A DNA stretch of 26,249 nucleotides from Zygophlyctis sp. KS116 (Eukaryota > Fungi > Chytridiomycota), in NCBI GenBank assembly GCA_054661495.1, contig BAAFSQ010000135.1, forward strand, positions 1-26,249. The letters are read 5' to 3'. Made by a program: the position numbers and the translations under genes. The notes beneath the pieces were generated by a model. The model made no database searches. It had not been told where the DNA came from and worked only from the letters and a program-made list of their open reading frames with translations. Of this stretch, positions 20,518 to 26,249 are shown piece after piece. Positions within the stretch are counted from its first letter, which is position 1; every line of letters starts with the position of its first letter.

Positions 20518-20580
20518 ATATTATAAAAAACAGGAGCGTTTAAAGTTGAGAGTTGAGAGTTTATAGGTTGAGGTTGGTTA

Positions 20581-21171
20581 ATGGTGACTTTCTATCAAAC
20601 GCACTCTTCAAGTACCTGTAATTACATTATTGCAAGTACTTGGGAAAATGAAGTTTTAACTGGAATGACTATAGGATCTGATGATCAATTGTGGACTTGT
20701 AAAATTTCTGATCTCAAAGCGCCATCAGGAATGGAACTTTTCACTTTTACAAAATTATTAAAGGATATGTTCCTATTGGATACATCACCAATGAGCATTT
20801 ATAAAACTGAAGACTGCATAAAAATCGATTGCAATCATTCAGCAGATGGATTGACTTTTACACTTGCATCATTTAAAGCAGAGCCGATCAATGGTGCATT
20901 GAGTTTTTATCAAAATTCAATTATTGCATTGATTGGAAATAATGTTCAAAAAATTGTAAGCTTACAATTCAATAAGAATTAGAAGACTGCAATCGATCTA
21001 GAAAGTAAAATGAATCAGATTAAACAAGTGAATGCAGAGCTAGAAAAGGAATTACACGATTCCACACAGCAACATTTGAAATCTACAGCAACATTTACAA
21101 CAATTTTTAAGAGAATTGTAAATGCTAAAAAGAGAAAAATAAGGATTTTGTCTTCTAAAATTACTGAATAG
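20581..21171 (+). CDS. XRCC4: XRCC4/Lif1-like NHEJ factor (~187 aa); intron 20956-20982
   Basis: Beta-rich head with conserved W, then a coiled coil ending FKRIVNAKKRKIRIL, resembling the XRCC4 ligase IV-binding motif F..VLNEKK.KIR.L. Confidence 0.72.
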
Positions 21172-23543
21172 AATTGAATTTGGACTTTAACTGCATATAT
21201 CGGGAGAGTTCTACAGGAGAGACTGAGGGTTTTAAGGCTGAAAGTGCTTTTTCAAAGTCTCCTTGTACCAATAAAAGTTGTTTATCCTCTTTGGGACATA
21301 TATATTCCAAATAATATTGAGTAGTTATTGGAGACTCAGAAGTCTTGTTCAATTGATCTATCTTTCAATAATTTAAAAAAATACCAACTTTAGAGTCAAT
21401 TACTTCAATGGAGCGTGAAATTGCATTCATGGCAGCATCGCTGACTAGAGCATAGAAATCAGCTCCAGTATACTCGAAAGGGCAAGATTCAGAAATCTTG
21501 TCTAAATCTACATTTGGATCTAAATTGAATCTTTTTTTGTAAAAAATTAAAATCTTACTTTCTAGTGAGTGCCTTTAGAACTTTAGCTTGAGATTGATGG
21601 TCTTGACATACTCCAAGATACAAAAGCTTATCAAATCTTGTGAATTAGTCTATAAAAGATACCTTCCAGGTCTCAATAGTGCAGGATCCAATAAGTCAGG
21701 TCTATTAGTAGCTCCGATAACGAAAACATCTCCCTCTGATATCCCATCCAATTCGGCTAGTAGCTGACTTACAATTCTATCCATAACTCCACCAGAATCC
21801 CCCTTATCACCCCGTTTTGGAGCTAGAGAATCTAATTCATCAAAGAATACAACGCAGGGATGTGCGTCACGGGCCTTTTGGAAAACCTTTCGTACATTTG
21901 CTTCAGATTCTCCAACATACATATTTAAGAGCTCTGGGCCTTTAATAGAAAGAAAATTTAGTGATAAAGTTGTGGCCACAGCTTTTGCAACCAGAGTTTT
22001 TCCAGTCCCAGGTGGTCCGTACAGCAGAATACCAGATCTCTTTTTCAAACCAGAAGCGAAAAGTTCTGGATGCTTTAGAGGTAGTTCCAATGTCTCTATT
22101 ATAGTGTTTTTAACATGCTGAAGACCTCCAATATCATCCCACTGTACAGCAGGAATTTTTGGGGCCCCGATATTTTCAGACAGATCCGATCGAAGTTTGA
22201 TTAAGGCTTGAGATACGTCTTGCTCAGTCAGCAATTCTTCAGATGTCTGTTCAGATTCTTTTCTTATATCCATTGAATTCTTGACAGATAATTCATAGAG
22301 ATTCACCATATCTTGAGCAACCATGCCCGACGTTTGTTTAGCTATCAAATTCAGAGCTTCACTATTTCGTAAGGAAGTGCTTCTAAATAAATAATCTAAT
22401 ATTTTCTTCCTTTCTTTTTCCTCTGGAACTTTATATTGGATAATGTGATGGAAAATATCCAAATCGTCTAAAATATCAGATTCACGAGAAGTAGCAATCA
22501 TCATAATCGAATTTGAGTTTGAGTTTGAAGAGACATAAGTCTTTGCTATAAATTTGGTTATCATTTCTTTAAATTTAAATCATTCATTATATACCTTTAT
22601 GCATCGAATCTCGTAAAAAAACATCAATATTCTCCAGACATAAAATAACAGGCGCCATTTCCATAGCTTGTTCCACCTCGATTTCCAACCTTGCAATCAT
22701 TTCAGTTTTGTCGTCATTTAAAAGATTTAGAAAATTAATTCTAACCAGCAACACTCCTAAACTTTCTGCAATAACTGTAATTAGCGTAGTTTTCCCCACT
22801 CCTTGTTTTCCATGCAATAAAATTGTAAATAATGGATATTTTTTAGAGAAGCATGCCTTTACTAAACCTGAAATCTTGACAAAGGCTGGATTTTCATTTA
22901 AAACATCCACCAAAGATTGATTGATATAGGGCGGTAATCTTGATGAAGCCCAACCTTTTACGATTATGGCAGTATTTTTAGTATCAATCAAAAACCCATC
23001 ATAATCGCTTTTTGCACCATTTATTGCACCAATTTGAACATATCCCCTATTAGTTGGTTTTTTCAATACTGGAAAATCCTTCATATCCTTGAATTTTGGC
23101 AAAACATTTTCCCTGAACGTTCCTTTGTCTTGATGAAAATCAATTTCCAACAAATCGCCCTCCCTTATAATTTTTCCTTGTATGCTATTTTCCATCTCTA
23201 GAATTATTTCCTCTGGAAACTCCCAGAATCTTTTAATTTCAACCTTTTCAGCAAAATTGATCTTGAAATTCCCTCTTTCGATCCAAACTTGATCCGCCGA
23301 TGATACGGCCAGGTTGAATGCATCTATCGGAGGGATATATAGAGTGATTTCATCATTTTGTTCATGATCGCATTTGACTATTTGAATGATTTTAGATTTT
23401 ATAAGAACAGCGTCATTTTCGAAGAGACCGCAGGCGATTAAATCGATCGCAGTCATTGATATTGTTTTTGTATTTTCCAGTACTTGAATATGGACTTGAA
23501 CTTTTGGATCAGATCTCCAGGACAATGAATCTAAAATGTTCAT
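21161..23543 (-). CDS. PEX6: Peroxisomal AAA+ ATPase Pex6; introns 22567-22594, 21637-21662, 21531-21558, 21358-21384
   Basis: Degenerate D1 (GKQGVGKT); D2 [78 protein letters not shown]. Confidence 0.95.
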
Positions 23544-23584
23544 TTCAGCAATGGGAAGTTCTAGGCTACGCTCTCAAAAACGAC

Positions 23585-25888
23585 TTAACTACAAATTTCT
23601 TTCAGTACATCCTTCTTGGTTATCAGTCCTTGAAGTTTTCCATTTACCTTTACTAAAATAATTCTAGGACCTAATTTGGTAAAAATATCAATCACAGTAT
23701 CAACAGGTAGATTAGGATCAATACCTAATGGTGTACTGTCCATAAGTCTAGATAAGTCCACGATTCTAGAAGGAGTAGAGATAAACGGTAATTCATATTC
23801 AGACAGAAACGGTGCTGGTACATCTTTTAACAAACAAGGAGATTCAGGAACCGTATCATTATCATCTGATTCTAGTTCTTTGAAAAATACAAGAGCATTT
23901 GGGTCAATGCCAAAGTTCTTTTTGATATTATCAAGAGCATATTCAATATCTCCACGTGTAATATATCCGATAATATGAGGATCTTGAATGCTCATAATTA
24001 CAGGATAACCTTGAAAGTTTGTTTGATTTAAGACATTTTCTAATTCCTTGATTCTTAATCCATGTTCCGGTAAATGAACTAGATCAATGAGAGGAGTCAT
24101 GATATCTTTTGCGTAAAGTCTTATAGAAATATCTTTTGTAGGATCAAGAAAAGGATAGTTCTTTTCTTGTATCTTCTTCTCTATATATCCATCTTTTCCA
24201 AAAATATCTCCAACCAATTTTGAGACAGTAAGAGAAATCATACAAGGAATTATATAATTTAGCGTTCCTGTAAGTTCAAACATTATAATAGTAAGTGAAA
24301 TTGTTAGTCGAGTTACTCCTCCAAGGGCAGAAAAGGCTCCTTATTTATTAAATATTTACAATTTACCTAATAGTGCATACATTCCTGGAGTAACATTATA
24401 TGAAGAGGTTGAATAGTTTTTATGTATAATCATTCCAAGTATACGGCCAAATAATCCTCCCCACACCATAGACGGTATACTTACATTTAAATAATTTTAA
24501 AAAACATACAAAATTCCTGCTGGAACTTGGATTCCAATTGTAATGGTAGACATAATCATTTTAAATATCAATGCAAATATTAATGAGAGAAGAGTCCACA
24601 TAAAATGATCTCCACATAGACTATCTGCTTTTGATTCTTCACATTCTTGAAATAAGAGCTCCAATAATTCGGAGGAATCCATTCTAAGAATAAATTAAAA
24701 GAAACAAATACCGTGTGAATGAATTCAAAAATCCAATCAAAGACGTGAAAAAACTAATCAACAATACAAACTTAACTGGGCCGATTCGATTGATAAAAGA
24801 TTGCAAAAACTTTTGTACGTATGAATTCGCTCTAATAAAGATCGCCCCTGACAATCCGCCAAAGACTCCTAATATCATAAAATAGAATATTTCATGGAAA
24901 TCCCAATCTCTAGTCATTGTAACTTGATACAGCACACGCTTACCACGATATGGGTCAATTAGTTGCAATGTCACTGATGAAACCAGAGCACAAAAGAATG
25001 CACGAATCATAGTTTTTGGTGGAAAGAATGATGACATCTCTTCTAAAGAAAAGAGTACTCCACCCATAGGAGCTCCAAAAGACACCTTCAATCTTGAAAG
25101 CAAAATATCTTACAGCAATTCCCGCCGCAATTGAAGCGCTCAACACCTCTCTTTTACGAGCTTGCATAAATATACTTAAAATACCTTGATTATCTTTATA
25201 CTTTGAAAAAAACCGCGGAAATACTGAACCAATACATGCTGCAACATGGAGCATAGGCCCTTCTTTACCTACAGCAAGACCCGATGCGACAACTAGAGGT
25301 ATGGAAACTGTCTTTGCTAGGAATGTTCGAAGTCCAAGAAATCCTTTGATAATAAATCCTCCAAGAATCGTCTTAATCTCTGGAGTTCTAAAGAATTAAA
25401 ATTCAAAAAGAATACCCTGATCCAGAAGCATAGAGCGAGACATTTGAGACAATTATTGTTGCACCAAATCCAAAAGCAGTTGAGAAAATCACATAAAATA
25501 ACCAGTTGATCAGCGACAAATGTCTAAACCAAAACAAGGCATAACTCCAGTTTATCCAATCGTCACATTCCCCATACTTATCAGCCATATTTTTGCAGCA
25601 TATCTTTTTTGATGCGTACCATTGATTCTTACAATATCCCAGTTTAGTATCAGTTAACCAAGCAGAAGCCAAATCTATCCATCCACCAATCAAGCCTATT
25701 GCAATCCCAGTGAATAGAATTAGAATCCATGATTGCGATCTATAATAAACAGCCTGCAGTAAGCTATGATGAGTTTTAGTAAATCTTATGTGCTGATCAT
25801 GATCTCTCTTCCAATCCTTCATCCAATCAATTGTATGCAAATCATCGTAGATTATTTTACGATTCTCCTCATAAAAAACACTTTCCAT
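23585..25888 (-). CDS. CLC chloride/proton exchanger (Gef1/ClC-3-like) with CBS domains; introns 25388-25415, 25161-25184, 25086-25113, 24684-24711, 24480-24509, 24340-24366
   Basis: [49 protein letters not shown], two CBS repeats. Confidence 0.93.
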
Positions 25889-25949
25889 CTTGCGGATCTC
25901 AACTTGATTTAACAAGTAAAAATAAAATTATTGAATCGTTCTTTAATCT

Positions 25950-26249
25950 TTATAAAGCATTAATGAACAATGTTAAGAATATCAATGCTATAAAAGAAGG
26001 TAAAGTTGCTCCAGATTCGTCCAAACTCTGAGTCTTATTCATTCCGTATGTGTACAGCTGCTTTGGAGCATTTGAGCTACTGCCGCTGCCCTCAGTAGAT
26101 TGAGGAGCATTCTCATGATTTTGATGACTTTCTTGATTATCATGATTTCCATGATTTTCATGCGATCCATGTCCGTGATTTTCAGTTTGATTGGTGCTAT
26201 GATTTTCAGTTTGATTGGTGCCATGATTTTCAGTTTGATTGGTGCCATG
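25950..26249 (-). CDS. C-terminus of a His/Asn-rich, probably GPI-anchored surface protein (5' truncated by the window)
   Basis: The frame starting at 26249 is open for 99 codons: (HGTNQTEN)x3 HGHGSHENH...ESGATLPSFIALIFLTLFINAL*, with small residues then a hydrophobic tail as in GPI signals. Confidence 0.75.
   Translation of the reverse strand, partial: HGTNQTENHGTNQTENHSTNQTENHGHGSHENHGNHDNQESHQNHENAPQSTEGSGSSSNAPKQLYTYGMNKTQSLDESGATLPSFIALIFLTLFINAL
26178..26249 (-). repeat. 24-bp coding tandem repeat, at least 3 copies (H-G/S-T-N-Q-T-E-N)
   Basis: Read directly from the sequence; may continue beyond the window. Confidence 0.93.

Noticed and set aside
20277-20543. 88-aa ORF, or a canonical 58-nt QDPR intron ending at CAG 20443
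   Set aside because: That frame keeps a Trp by position but lacks the conserved P..G.L...T pattern found in the other frame; not fully excluded without cDNA.
22620-22820. Degenerate Walker B in the first AAA domain
   Set aside because: An inactive D1 ring is normal for Pex6.
25376-25424. CLC motif variant GSGTPE instead of GSGIPE
   Set aside because: The selectivity Ser and the gating (GKEGP) and proton (SLEE) glutamates are retained, so no basis for altered function.
26039-26248. ORF-track peptide MAPIKLKI repeat
   Set aside because: Wrong frame; the adjacent frame is longer and ends in a GPI-type signal.

Overview
AT-rich, extremely gene-dense eukaryotic DNA, most consistent with an early-diverging (chytrid-like) fungus. 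This assignment is inferred from the gene set (NSR1, Rsc9/ARID2-like, Nup82, Fab1, PEX6, ClC, RPS7, plus animal-like QDPR and XRCC4). The ORF track is fragmented because genes carry very small spliceosomal introns: I could place about 41 by hand, 39 of them 24-32 nt, with outliers of 44 and 59 nt. About 19 genes are present with almost no intergenic DNA (gaps of 0, 1, 26, 33, 36 and 41 bp, and one 11-bp overlap). Most notable: (i) the QDPR intron appears to need a non-canonical GT...TG acceptor; (ii) a FYVE-less, CCT-gutted second Fab1/PIKfyve paralog sits 7 kb from canonical Fab1, and its stop codon directly abuts the only usable ATG of a methyltransferase (TAAATG); (iii) RRPE/PAC-like elements for NSR1 lie inside the Nup82 coding sequence; (iv) a 504-bp tandem duplication gives a truncated ALDH copy; (v) a WW-domain gene has an unexplained 1-nt frame break; (vi) a His-rich GPI-anchored protein C-terminus is missed by the ORF track. 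No rRNA, tRNA, CRISPR or transposon was recognised. All splice models are manual and unverified by transcript data.
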